Shown: one piece after another, positions 41,522 to 51,799 of the stretch
Layout: the number at the start of each line of letters is the position of its first letter
Position numbering within the stretch: the stretch's first letter is position 1
Assembly: GCA_934141145.1 (NCBI GenBank)
Contig: CAKPCA010000003.1
Span: 7,748-71,747 of the forward strand
DNA from: an uncultured Bacilli bacterium
GTDB taxonomy: Bacteria; Bacillota_I; Bacilli_A; RF39; UBA660
Reading direction: 5' to 3'
Length of the DNA: 64,000 nucleotides
The notes under the pieces: model-generated
Told to the model about the DNA's origin: nothing
Database searches by the model: none
What the model saw: the letters and a program-made list of their open reading frames with translations, nothing else
Translations under genes and position numbers: made by a program

Positions 41522-42802
41522 ATGAAAAAAGGGTTATTTGCAAAGTTAGTTTTATTTGCAATAATAATGATTATATTTCCAAAGAATGTGTATGCATTAA
41601 ATTTTAAAGTAGAAAGATCAGCAGATACTGTAAAACCAGGCGCAGAAGTTACTGTGTATGTAAAAGCAGAAGGTGTAGGAAATGATTCTTTAAAAGAATA
41701 TAATGTATCACTTGCATATGATGGAACAAAACTAGAATATAAAAGTGGTACAAGTGATGTTGCTACTGTAACACAAGGTAATCCAATTGTTGTAAAAAAT
41801 GGAAATGGTACAATAAGTTCAGACACAACAATTGCAACTTTAGTATTTGGAGTAAAAGCAAATTCTAAAGCAGGTGACACTAATTTAACGCTTACAAATT
41901 CTGGACTTAAAACAATAGCAGGTGAAGAAAAAACAGCAACTAATACAAGTTCAATGATAAAGGTTGCAGCTCTTGGTTCAGATGCAACACTAAGTTCATT
42001 AAAAATACCAAATACAACACTAAGTCCAAAATTTGATAAAAATACACTTGAATATACAGCAGACATAAAAGATATTACTGAAATAACTATTAATGCCCAA
42101 GCAACAGATTCAAATGCTAAAATAATGATATCAGATAACTATAAGAGTTTAGTTAAGGGAGAAAATATAGTAAAAATATCAGTAACTGCAGAAAATGGTA
42201 CAGCGACAAAAACATATCAAATTAAAGTAAATTTAACTATGACACCAACAGAGGAAGAAAAAATAAAAGCAAATGCATTACTTAAAAAATTATCTATAGA
42301 AGGATATGATATTGATTTTTCATCTGATCAAAAGAAATATACTTTAACAGTACCATATAAAGAAAAGAAAGTTAAAGTACTTGCAGAAGCAGAAAATGAA
42401 AATGCACCTATAGAAATGGAAGGTACAACTTCTTTAAAAGTAGGTAAAAATATAATAAAAGTATTAGTAACAAGTGAAGATGGTTCTACTAAAGAAACAT
42501 ATACTTTAACCATAACTAGAGAAAAACAAGAGAAAAAAGTTGTACAAACTTGTCCAGATGAAACAAGTACAAGAGAATGGATAGTATTCTCAGTAAGTAT
42601 GCTTTTAACATTTACATTAGGTATTGTACTAGGTTACTTTGTATGTAAAAAAGAAGTTCTTAGAAAAATATTTAAAAAGAAAAATAAAAAAGAACAACCA
42701 GAAGAAATAGATACTCTATCTGATACAATAGAACTTGATGCTAAAAAAGTAAGCGATAAACTAATAGAGGAAAAAGAAGAAGAATTAAAAGAAGATAAAT
42801 AA
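41522..42802 (+). CDS. surface protein: signal peptide, cohesin-like domain, two cadherin-like beta-sandwich domains, C-terminal TM anchor
   Basis: two repeats LSSLKI...TLSPKFDKNTLEYT...VTAENGTATKTYQIKVN; C-terminal TM plus K-rich tail. Confidence 0.6.
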   Translation: MKKGLFAKLVLFAIIMIIFPKNVYALNFKVERSADTVKPGAEVTVYVKAEGVGNDSLKEYNVSLAYDGTKLEYKSGTSDVATVTQGNPIVVKNGNGTISSDTTIATLVFGVKANSKAGDTNLTLTNSGLKTIAGEEKTATNTSSMIKVAALGSDATLSSLKIPNTTLSPKFDKNTLEYTADIKDITEITINAQATDSNAKIMISDNYKSLVKGENIVKISVTAENGTATKTYQIKVNLTMTPTEEEKIKANALLKKLSIEGYDIDFSSDQKKYTLTVPYKEKKVKVLAEAENENAPIEMEGTTSLKVGKNIIKVLVTSEDGSTKETYTLTITREKQEKKVVQTCPDETSTREWIVFSVSMLLTFTLGIVLGYFVCKKEVLRKIFKKKNKKEQPEEIDTLSDTIELDAKKVSDKLIEEKEEELKEDK

Positions 42803-42805
42803 AAA

Positions 42806-42842
42806 AGACTGAGCTTAATAGTAATTATTTAAGCCCAGTTTT
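42806..42842. terminator. bidirectional terminator between convergent genes
   Basis: A-run, 11-bp stem (one mismatch), T-run. Confidence 0.55.
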
Positions 42843-43351
42843 TTATTTGTACTATCTATAAATAAAGAATTTTTTATTGGATAGTAGGTTAAATATGAAA
42901 ATGTGAATGTTATAAATATCATAGCTAATAATGAATATTTATTTAAGATATAATAATCTTGAGAACTAGTTTGAATTTTATAATTGAATATAGTTGATAA
43001 AACTATGCTAATAAAATATAAAGATAAAGTTATAATGGTATTATATCCAAATATATAATATATTGGCAAATAAATAATTAAAAATATTACTATATTAAAA
43101 ATTAATGTGAGAGACACAGAAGACATAAAATTTTTAACTTTCAAATTAGTTAATTTAATTATTATTAACTCTATTAAGGCATAAATGATATAGCTCATAT
43201 TAATCATTTTCATATGTTCAAATATTGATTCATTTACAGGAAAAAATAATGAAGTTATAAACCTAGGAAAAATATCATATCCAAAATGAGTAAAACAACT
43301 TATTAAAAATATAGATATTGCACTAATAAATTTTAATTTTTTTATAGTCAT
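42815..43351 (-). CDS. hypothetical polytopic membrane protein
   Basis: five predicted TM helices; GGAGAA RBS on the minus strand. Confidence 0.5.
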   Translation of the reverse strand: MTIKKLKFISAISIFLISCFTHFGYDIFPRFITSLFFPVNESIFEHMKMINMSYIIYALIELIIIKLTNLKVKNFMSSVSLTLIFNIVIFLIIYLPIYYIFGYNTIITLSLYFISIVLSTIFNYKIQTSSQDYYILNKYSLLAMIFITFTFSYLTYYPIKNSLFIDSTNKKLGLNNYY

Positions 43352-43490
43352 AAAATTCTCCTTTACAGTCTAATATAGGCAATTTTTATGTAAATATTAC
43401 AAAAAAATAGTAAAATTTTACACTTTTTTTCATTTTTTAGGGGATTTTTGATTAAAAAGAGAGAATATATATATTGGAAGTGGTTTTTTT

Positions 43491-45227
43491 ATGTCTAAGA
43501 TTTCTTATGAGGAGATACTTAGTATTCAAAGAAAGGTAAATATAGTAGATATAGTAAAGGATTATGTTCCACTTACACAAAAAGGAAGAAATTATTTTGG
43601 GGTTTGTCCTTTTCATGATGATCATAATCCGTCTATGAGTGTGTCACCTGAAAAACAAATGTATAAATGTTTTGTATGCGGCGCATCTGGAAATGTATTT
43701 AACTTTGTTATGGAATATGAAAAAGTATCATATTATGAGGCTGTAAAAATAGTCGCAGATAAAATTGGTATAACTATTGATATTGGTAATATAAAAAGAG
43801 AAGAAATAAAGAAATCTCCATTATATGATATGTATGATATTTCATATAAGTTATATCAAAATAATTTAAATACAAAATATGGTAAAGATGCAAAAGAATA
43901 TTTAAAAAATAGAAACATGGATAATGATATTATTAAAGAATTTAAAATAGGATTATCTACAACAGGTACTGAAATATCTTCTATTTTATTAAAAAAAGGA
44001 TATAAAGAAGATGAATTATTATCTTCTGGTCTATGTTATAAAACATCTAATGGATTACATGATATATACAAAAATAGAATTATGTTTCCACTTATGGATT
44101 TAAATGGTAATGTAGTCGCATTTTCTGGAAGAATATATAATGAAAAAAGTGATAATAAATATATTAACACTTCAGAAACGGATATATTTAAAAAAGGTAA
44201 TTTATTATATAATTATCATATTGCGAAAGAAGAAGCGAGAAAAGAAAAAAGTATTATTGTTGTAGAAGGATTTATGGATGTAATAAGACTTAGTACAATT
44301 GGTGTTAGAAATGTAGTCGCACTAATGGGAACAGCACTTACTAAAAATCAAGCAAATTTAATTAGAAAACTATCTTCAAATATTATACTTATGTTTGACG
44401 GAGATGGAGCGGGTGATAAAGCAACATTATCATTTATAAATGCTTTTGATGATAGTGACGCTACTATAAAAGTAGTAAGACTAGAAGATAATTTAGATCC
44501 AGATGAGTATATACTTACAAAAGGTAAAGATAAGTTATTAGATCATTTACTTCATCCAATGAATAAAATAAGTTACAAATTAGATAAATTAAAAGATGAT
44601 ATTAATTTTAATGATAGTATAGATGTTTCAAAATATGTAAATTTAGCAGTAAAAGAACTAGAAAAAATAGACGATGATATAGTAAGAGGAATAGAAACTA
44701 AAAAAGTATCTAGCTTAACAGGCATAAGTGTAGAAAAATTAAATTCAAGTATGAATTTAGAAAAAAACGAACCAGTTATCAAATTTGAAATAAAAAAAGA
44801 AAATATAAAAGTAGATAAGTATGATAAAGCATCTAAGTATATTATTTACAATATGATTAAAAATAATAGTATAATATTATATTATTATAATAATTTATCA
44901 TATTTACCTAATAATCTTTATAGAAAACTTGCAAATGAAATAGTACTATTTTATAAGAAATTTAATAGCTTTACTATAACAGATTTTGTAACTTACTTAG
45001 AAGATAAAAAAGAATTAATTGATTTAATTAATAAAATAGATGATATGGATATAAAACCAGTTTCTGAACTTAATGAAATAGATGGATATTTTAAAACAAT
45101 TAGAGAGTACACATATAAAAAAGAAATAAATGATTTAACTATTAAACTAAAAACTGAAACAAATAAAATAAAAAGACAAGAAATTGCACAGAAAATAGTT
45201 GAAATAAAAATGAAGGAGAGTATGTAA
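43491..45227 (+). CDS. dnaG: DNA primase
   Basis: CxxHxDxxPS zinc ribbon; TOPRIM EGFMDV; followed by sigA. Confidence 0.9.
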   Translation: MSKISYEEILSIQRKVNIVDIVKDYVPLTQKGRNYFGVCPFHDDHNPSMSVSPEKQMYKCFVCGASGNVFNFVMEYEKVSYYEAVKIVADKIGITIDIGNIKREEIKKSPLYDMYDISYKLYQNNLNTKYGKDAKEYLKNRNMDNDIIKEFKIGLSTTGTEISSILLKKGYKEDELLSSGLCYKTSNGLHDIYKNRIMFPLMDLNGNVVAFSGRIYNEKSDNKYINTSETDIFKKGNLLYNYHIAKEEARKEKSIIVVEGFMDVIRLSTIGVRNVVALMGTALTKNQANLIRKLSSNIILMFDGDGAGDKATLSFINAFDDSDATIKVVRLEDNLDPDEYILTKGKDKLLDHLLHPMNKISYKLDKLKDDINFNDSIDVSKYVNLAVKELEKIDDDIVRGIETKKVSSLTGISVEKLNSSMNLEKNEPVIKFEIKKENIKVDKYDKASKYIIYNMIKNNSIILYYYNNLSYLPNNLYRKLANEIVLFYKKFNSFTITDFVTYLEDKKELIDLINKIDDMDIKPVSELNEIDGYFKTIREYTYKKEINDLTIKLKTETNKIKRQEIAQKIVEIKMKESM

Positions 45228-45228
45228 T

Positions 45229-46314
45229 ATGAATGAATTAAAAACTTTTGAAGAAAGAAAGAACGAATTATTAAAAAAAGGAAAAGAAAATGGCTTTTTA
45301 ACTTTTGAAGAACTTGCTAATACATTAAAAGGTCTTGAAATGGATGCAGAAAGTTTAGATGAATTATATAACTTTTTACATGATAATAATATAGAGGTAG
45401 TTGCTGAAAGTGAACCAGATAGTGATTCTGACTCTGGTGATGGTGATTTATTACTTGAGGATATTTCACTTCCAAAAAATTTAAGTATAAATGATCCAGT
45501 AAGAATGTATTTAAAAGAAATTGGTAGAATAAGTCTTTTATCTACAGAAGAAGAATTAGAATTATCAAAAAGAATTGAAGAAGGTGACGAAGAAGCTAAA
45601 TCAATACTTGCAGAAGCAAATCTTAGACTTGTTGTATCTATTGCAAAAAGATATGTAGGTAGAAATTTATCATTTCTAGATCTTATTCAAGAAGGTAATA
45701 TTGGTCTTATGAAAGCAGTAGATAAATTTGATTCATCAAAAGGATATAAATTTTCAACATATGCAACATGGTGGATACGTCAAGCAATAACAAGAGCAAT
45801 CGCTGACCAAGCAAGAACAATAAGAATACCAGTTCACATGGTAGAAACTATTAATAAACTAAAAAGAGTTCAAAGACAATTAACTCTAGAACTTGATAGA
45901 GAACCTACAGAAGAAGAAATAAGTAAAGAACTTGGTATTCCAGAAGATAAGGTTCGTGAAATAATAAAAATATCACTTGATCCATTATCACTTGAAACAC
46001 CTATTGGTGAAGAAGATGATTCTCACTTAGGAGATTTTGTTAAAGATGAGAATAGTTTAAGTCCAGAAGAGTATGCTATAAATGAAGTATTAAAAGATGA
46101 AATATCAGAGTTATTATTAACATTAACAGAAAGAGAGGAACAAGTAATTAAATTAAGATTTGGTCTTGTAGATGGAACTTGTAGAACACTAGAAGAAGTA
46201 GGTACAATATTTGGTGTTACAAGAGAGAGAATAAGACAGATAGAAGCAAAAGCATTAAGAAAACTTCGTCATCCATCTAGAAGCAAAAAATTAAAAGATT
46301 ACTTGGTAGATTAA
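45229..46314 (+). CDS. sigA: primary sigma factor SigA/RpoD
   Basis: regions 1.2 to 4; [12 protein letters not shown] and [17 protein letters not shown]. Confidence 0.95.
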   Translation: MNELKTFEERKNELLKKGKENGFLTFEELANTLKGLEMDAESLDELYNFLHDNNIEVVAESEPDSDSDSGDGDLLLEDISLPKNLSINDPVRMYLKEIGRISLLSTEEELELSKRIEEGDEEAKSILAEANLRLVVSIAKRYVGRNLSFLDLIQEGNIGLMKAVDKFDSSKGYKFSTYATWWIRQAITRAIADQARTIRIPVHMVETINKLKRVQRQLTLELDREPTEEEISKELGIPEDKVREIIKISLDPLSLETPIGEEDDSHLGDFVKDENSLSPEEYAINEVLKDEISELLLTLTEREEQVIKLRFGLVDGTCRTLEEVGTIFGVTRERIRQIEAKALRKLRHPSRSKKLKDYLVD

Positions 46315-46315
46315 T

Positions 46316-46996
46316 ATGAGATTATCAAAAAGATTAAAAGCAATATCTGAATTTATTACAGATGGAGATAAAATAATAGATATTGGATGTGATCATGCAC
46401 TTCTTGATATTTATATTTATGAAAATTTTAATGATGTTAATGTAATTGCTTCAGATATACATGAAGGTGCTATAAAAGCCGCAAATAAAAATATAGAAAA
46501 ATATAATTTAACATCTAAAATAGATGTTAGAATGGGTGATGGACTAACAGTTGTTAATAAAGATGAAATAAATACTATACTTATATCTGGAATGGGATAT
46601 AATACTATAGTAAAAATATTATCTGATAGTGAAAAAATGGAAAATGTTGAAAAAATAATTGTACAATCTAATACAGATATAGTAAAACTTAGAAAATCTA
46701 TTATTAAACTAGGATATAAGATTACAAAAGAAAAACTAGTAGAAGATAATGAAATAATATATACAATTATTGAATTTAGAAAAGGAAAAGAAAAATATAG
46801 TTATGAAGAACTATATTTTGGGCCATATCTATTAAAAAATAAGGATGATATATTTTATGAGTATTACAATAAAAAATTATTAAAATATGAAAATTTATTA
46901 TTACAACTTCCTAAGGCTAATGTTGTTTCAAGAATACATCATATGAATTTGATCAAAGTAATAAAGAAAGAATTGGAAGATAAAAAAGTATCATAG
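46316..46996 (+). CDS. trmK: tRNA (adenine22-N1)-methyltransferase TrmK (YqfN)
   Basis: KIIDIGCDHALL motif; position after sigA. Confidence 0.8.
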   Translation: MRLSKRLKAISEFITDGDKIIDIGCDHALLDIYIYENFNDVNVIASDIHEGAIKAANKNIEKYNLTSKIDVRMGDGLTVVNKDEINTILISGMGYNTIVKILSDSEKMENVEKIIVQSNTDIVKLRKSIIKLGYKITKEKLVEDNEIIYTIIEFRKGKEKYSYEELYFGPYLLKNKDDIFYEYYNKKLLKYENLLLQLPKANVVSRIHHMNLIKVIKKELEDKKVS

Positions 46997-47012
46997 AAAA
47001 TGATACTTTTTT
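46983..47012. terminator. bidirectional terminator (trmK/yqfQ)
   Basis: aaaagtatcat-agaaa-atgatactttt. Confidence 0.65.
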
Positions 47013-47331
47013 AAATAAAGAAACTAGGTTGGTTGCTAGAAAAATCATTGTAGGTGTTATTTTCCTCAATTTCTGAATAAGTAGAATTAGTATTAACGTT
47101 ATTATTTTTTATATTTGAATTATTACCAGATGATGAAAATGCGCTAGCTAATTTAAACATTGTTTTAGTATTGTTTAATATTGGTTTTACTTGATATACA
47201 ATTGGTATTGCTTGATTTACAATATTAAGAGTTTTTTGAGTATTTGAAAGTAACCCAGCCCAATTAATTCCTTTTTTTGCAATAGGAGCAATCGCTCTAA
47301 GTGGCATATAAGCACCCATGGGATTAAACAT
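47011..47331 (-). CDS. YqfQ-like small protein
   Basis: composition and position near trmK, as in Bacillus; no firm motif. Confidence 0.4.
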   Translation of the reverse strand: MFNPMGAYMPLRAIAPIAKKGINWAGLLSNTQKTLNIVNQAIPIVYQVKPILNNTKTMFKLASAFSSSGNNSNIKNNNVNTNSTYSEIEENNTYNDFSSNQPSFFI

Positions 47332-47439
47332 AGATATACCTCCTTACAAATATTATATGAAATACTTAAAAAAAAGTTTAAAAATTAAAATATATATGAT
47401 ATAATTTACTATAGAATAGAAGGGCATAGGAGTGAAAAA

Positions 47440-49173
47440 ATGAAGAAAGTATTAAATTTTATAGGAAATTTCTTTTTATTTATAATTTTATTACCACTTA
47501 ATATTTTTAAGTATTTTAATTTATTCTTTTATTATGTTATAAAATTATTATTAAGAGAATCTCCAGAAAAAGCTGAAAAAAGAAAACAAAAAGAAGCAGA
47601 AAGAGAAAAAGAAAAACAAAAAGAAAAAGAAGAAGCAGAAAAATATATTAGAGAAAAAAATAAAGAAGCTAATATGGCTGCTTTAAAAGAAGGACAAAAA
47701 GATGTTCTTACAGAACCTGTAAAAAAAGATAGAAAATTATCTAGAGAAGAACAAAAAGAAGAACATAGAATTGCTAAAGAAAAAATCAGAATAGAAAAGC
47801 AAAGACAAAGAGAAGAAGCAAGAAAAGAAAATAAAAGTTTACTTCGTCAGTTTAGAGAAAGAAATATTTTTGCATTAAATAGACAAAAGAAACTTGATTC
47901 AAAAAGAAAAATATTGACTCTTGATCTTAATTCTGATGATTCAAAAAGAAGTACAGAAAAGATTATATTTAAATATACTGCAAAGAATCCTGCTGGTAAA
48001 ATAGAAAAAGGTACATTTCAGGGATATTCCAAACTAGATGTTCATTCATATTTATTATCAGAAGGTTATGAAGTATATGAGATAAAAGCAGTTGCAAAAG
48101 CTAATATGTTTAATACTGATTTAGGATTAAATAGACCAATAAAAAAATCTTTGTTAGTATTTTATTTAACACAGTTATCTACTTATATAAAAGCGGGTAT
48201 ACCACTTGTTGATTCTATTAAAATATTAACTAATCAATCTAAATCAAAAACGATGCAAACAATATGGAAATCTATTGTATATGAATTAACTATGGGTGCA
48301 TCACTTAGTGAAGCTATGCTTAGATGTGGTAATGTATTTCCTAAATTATTAATAAATATGGTAAAAACTGCTGAAATGACAGGTGATTTAGCAGAAGTTT
48401 TAGATGAACAAGCCGCATATTATAAGTCAGTAGAAAAATCTAGAAAAGAAATGAAAAATGCATTGATGTATCCAATATTTATATTTGCTTTTTCAATAAT
48501 AATAATTACATTTATATTAGTTTATGTTATACCTCAATTTGTTGATATATATGATAGTATAGGTGCAGATTTACCAGGAATTACTGTATTATTAATAAAT
48601 GTTAGTAATTTTGTTACAAAAAATATTTTATGGATAGTAATAGGTGTAATTGCTTTAATTACATTACTTACATTACTTTATAGACATAATGTATCATTTA
48701 AATACAGTGTAGAGTCAATACTTATGCATATGCCTGTAATTAAAGAAATAATAATAGATAATGAAATGACTATGTTTGCAAAAACTTTTGCAACACTTAT
48801 TAATAATAATATATTTATAACTGATAGTATGGATATTTTAAGTAGAATAACAGAAAATGAAGTATATAAAACTATAATTTATGATGCTGTTGAAAGTCTA
48901 GCAAGAGGTGACAACATATCTACATCTTTCTATGATCACTGGGCATTTCCTGACATAGCATATCAAATGATTGTAACAGGTGAAAAAACAGGTCAATTAG
49001 GAACAATGATGGATAAAGTAGGAGATTACTATCATGATGAACATGAAAATGCAATAGCGCAAATTAAAGTATTTATAGAGCCTGTATTAATTATATTCTT
49101 AGCAGTTGGTGTAGGTGGTATATTACTTGCAGTTATATTGCCAATGTTTAGTATGTATAATCAACTTATGTAA
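47440..49173 (+). CDS. pilC: type IV pilus platform protein PilC/GspF with a 165-aa N-terminal TM plus K/E/R-rich extension
   Basis: two GspF repeats; preceded by TM (FIGNFFLFIILLPLNIF) and a charged region; AGGAGTG RBS at the first ATG. Confidence 0.8.
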   Translation: MKKVLNFIGNFFLFIILLPLNIFKYFNLFFYYVIKLLLRESPEKAEKRKQKEAEREKEKQKEKEEAEKYIREKNKEANMAALKEGQKDVLTEPVKKDRKLSREEQKEEHRIAKEKIRIEKQRQREEARKENKSLLRQFRERNIFALNRQKKLDSKRKILTLDLNSDDSKRSTEKIIFKYTAKNPAGKIEKGTFQGYSKLDVHSYLLSEGYEVYEIKAVAKANMFNTDLGLNRPIKKSLLVFYLTQLSTYIKAGIPLVDSIKILTNQSKSKTMQTIWKSIVYELTMGASLSEAMLRCGNVFPKLLINMVKTAEMTGDLAEVLDEQAAYYKSVEKSRKEMKNALMYPIFIFAFSIIIITFILVYVIPQFVDIYDSIGADLPGITVLLINVSNFVTKNILWIVIGVIALITLLTLLYRHNVSFKYSVESILMHMPVIKEIIIDNEMTMFAKTFATLINNNIFITDSMDILSRITENEVYKTIIYDAVESLARGDNISTSFYDHWAFPDIAYQMIVTGEKTGQLGTMMDKVGDYYHDEHENAIAQIKVFIEPVLIIFLAVGVGGILLAVILPMFSMYNQLM

Positions 49174-49184
49174 AGGAGTAAAAA

Positions 49185-49994
49185 ATGGAAACAATAATAT
49201 ATAGTATAATGATATTTATAATTGGAATTTGTTTTGGATCATTTTTTAATGTAGTAGGATATAGACTTCCAAATAATATGTCTATATCCTTCCCACCATC
49301 TCATTGTACTAGTTGTAATCATAAATTAGGTGTATTTGAATTAATTCCAATATTATCTTATATATTTCAAGGTGGTAAATGTAAACATTGTAAAACAAAA
49401 ATATCATGCTTTTATCCAATATTTGAATTTTTAACAGGTGTACTTTTTGTAATATGTTATTTAGTATTTAAAGATGAATATCCTGAAATATTAAATATTA
49501 TATATGCAATGTTATTTATATCATCATTAATAATTATTATAATAAGTGATATAAAATACATGATTATTCCAGACGAAGTATTAATATTCTTTGGTGTAAT
49601 ACTTGTAATTTTAAAAATGATTATTATATATAAAATAAATCCTAACAATACATTCTTAGATATGGGATATGAGTTTGTATTTATATTGCTAGATGGAATA
49701 GTAATGTTTGTATTTATGTATCTAGTTAGACTACTTGGTAATGCTTTGTTTAAAAAAGATTCTATGGGTGGTGGAGACATAAAGATGATGACATTTGTGT
49801 CATTAATAATTGGATGGAAATTAGCTATTGTAGTAGTGTTTTTAGCGTCATTTTTAGCTCTTCCAATATCAATAATAAATATGTATAAGAATAAAGAACA
49901 TGTTCTTGCATTTGGACCATATTTAGCTATAGCTACCATGATATTATTTTTGTGTAAAATAGATTTTAGTATGATACTTGAATTTATTTCGTAA
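49185..49994 (+). CDS. pilD: prepilin peptidase/N-methyltransferase PilD (A24)
   Basis: CTSCNH..CKHCK zinc finger; D..GGGD motifs. Confidence 0.85.
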   Translation: METIIYSIMIFIIGICFGSFFNVVGYRLPNNMSISFPPSHCTSCNHKLGVFELIPILSYIFQGGKCKHCKTKISCFYPIFEFLTGVLFVICYLVFKDEYPEILNIIYAMLFISSLIIIIISDIKYMIIPDEVLIFFGVILVILKMIIIYKINPNNTFLDMGYEFVFILLDGIVMFVFMYLVRLLGNALFKKDSMGGGDIKMMTFVSLIIGWKLAIVVVFLASFLALPISIINMYKNKEHVLAFGPYLAIATMILFLCKIDFSMILEFIS

Positions 49995-50020
49995 ATAATT
50001 AAATAGAAAGGATTAAAAAT

Positions 50021-50821
50021 ATGAACAAAAAAGGTTTTGCAACAAGTACAATAGTATTTGCATTATTATCAGTATTTTTAATATCAATAAGTATATTATT
50101 AGTAACAATAACAAATACAAGCAAGACAAAAAATACATTAAATGAAAAAGTAGTAAGTAATATAGAATATGGAAGTAATTCATTAAATGATATAGAAAAA
50201 AGATTAGAAGAACTAGAAAATAGTACATTAAAATTAGATAATGTGTATCCAGTTGGAAGTATATATATGAGTAATAATTTAAAAACAGTAGAAGAAGTGC
50301 ATAATGCATTAGGAGGAACATGGGAAAAGTATTCAGAAGGAAGAACAATAATAGGAGATGGAACAACGACAGATGAATCTGGCAATGCATTAGTATATAA
50401 TGCAAATCAAACTGGTGGTAATACTACTCAAATACTTAAAACAGATAATTTACCAAGTCATAATCATTCTTATGTACCTAATGGAAATATAACTTCACTT
50501 TTATCAAATGGTACTACTTCTTCATCAGGTGAACATACACATACATTGTCTACAGTGTTATATAAAAATCCTGATCCTCCACTATCATTTAGTGAGGTAA
50601 TCTTTTATGAATATCCAAGTGGTTATGCCGCAAAAAATTCTGGCCTTGGTTATACTAATACAGCTATTTCAAAATCTGGTAGTCATGAACACACAGTAAC
50701 CGGGACAATAACAAGTACTTTTAAAGGAATTAAATCTGAAACAGAAAGTACAGGTTTAAATAAATCATTTAGCGTGCAAGACCCATACATAGTAACATAT
50801 ATTTATAAAAGAGTTAAATAA
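50021..50821 (+). CDS. pilin-like N-terminus fused to a phage tail-collar (MdpB-like) domain
   Basis: N-terminal KKGFATSTIVFALL hydrophobic segment; YPVGSIYMS, LGGTWEK..GRTIIG and GGNTTQILKTDNLPSHNHS match tail-collar motifs. Confidence 0.6.
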   Translation: MNKKGFATSTIVFALLSVFLISISILLVTITNTSKTKNTLNEKVVSNIEYGSNSLNDIEKRLEELENSTLKLDNVYPVGSIYMSNNLKTVEEVHNALGGTWEKYSEGRTIIGDGTTTDESGNALVYNANQTGGNTTQILKTDNLPSHNHSYVPNGNITSLLSNGTTSSSGEHTHTLSTVLYKNPDPPLSFSEVIFYEYPSGYAAKNSGLGYTNTAISKSGSHEHTVTGTITSTFKGIKSETESTGLNKSFSVQDPYIVTYIYKRVK

Positions 50822-50895
50822 ACATTAAAATTTTTCTTGATTATAATTCCTTTTAGTGCTAAAATTAGTTCATATTTATTTATGGAGGATTTTTT

Positions 50896-51465
50896 ATGAA
50901 GAAAGAAAAGGGAAAGTTATTTGTAGTTTCTGGACCTAGTGGGGTCGGAAAAGATACAATTGTAAGCGAATATTTAAAGAATGAAAAAGGACATTTATCT
51001 GTTTCTGCAACTACTAGAAGTCCAAGAGATGGAGAAATAAATGGTAAAGATTATTATTTTTTAACAGAGGAAGAATTTAAAAATTGGATAAAAAATGATA
51101 ATTTTCTAGAATATGCTATATATAACAATAATTATTATGGAACTCCTAGATCAAAAATAGAAGAATCTTTAGAAGAAGGTACAGATGTTTTTTTAGTAAT
51201 AGAAGTGCAAGGAGCATTTCAAATTAAAGATAAAATGAAAGATGCAGTCCTTATATTTATAATGCCTCCTAGTTTAGAAGAACTAGAAAAAAGAATTGTA
51301 AAAAGAGGATTAGATTCAAAAGAAATGATTCAAAATAGACTTAATATTGCTATTAATGAGATGAATTTATCTAGTAAATATGATTATGTACTTGTTAATA
51401 AAGATTTTGCATCAGCAATAGAGAAGTTTAAATTAATAATTGAAAATGCAAAGGAAAAAAATTAA
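50896..51465 (+). CDS. gmk: guanylate kinase
   Basis: GPSGVGKDT P-loop; TTRSPR motif. Confidence 0.9.
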   Translation: MKKEKGKLFVVSGPSGVGKDTIVSEYLKNEKGHLSVSATTRSPRDGEINGKDYYFLTEEEFKNWIKNDNFLEYAIYNNNYYGTPRSKIEESLEEGTDVFLVIEVQGAFQIKDKMKDAVLIFIMPPSLEELEKRIVKRGLDSKEMIQNRLNIAINEMNLSSKYDYVLVNKDFASAIEKFKLIIENAKEKN

Positions 51466-51725
51466 GAGTTATTCTTAATTTTTTCTTTTGCTTCATTATA
51501 TAAAATAATTAGTTTTTTGTAATTAGTTTCACTTATTTTATTTCTTATTTCGTTTATTAAATTCTCTGGATAGCCATAGTAAAAGTCTTTCCAATACTTT
51601 TTTAAGTAGCAAAGTAATACATTTGCTTCCGCATCATTTAAAAAAATCTCTTCTTTTTTTGCGTATTCCATAATATTATTTAATGAAATAGTATCTACAT
51701 ATTTTTGAATAATAAAATCATTCAA
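51462..51725 (-). CDS. hypothetical small protein
   Basis: 87-aa ORF with reasonable codon usage; no homology call possible. Confidence 0.35.
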   Translation of the reverse strand: MNDFIIQKYVDTISLNNIMEYAKKEEIFLNDAEANVLLCYLKKYWKDFYYGYPENLINEIRNKISETNYKKLIILYNEAKEKIKNNS

Positions 51726-51799
51726 AATTTCATCACCTCACTTAAAATATATGTTATATAAATAAAAGTATCACGCAAACTATAAATGGAGGAATACGC

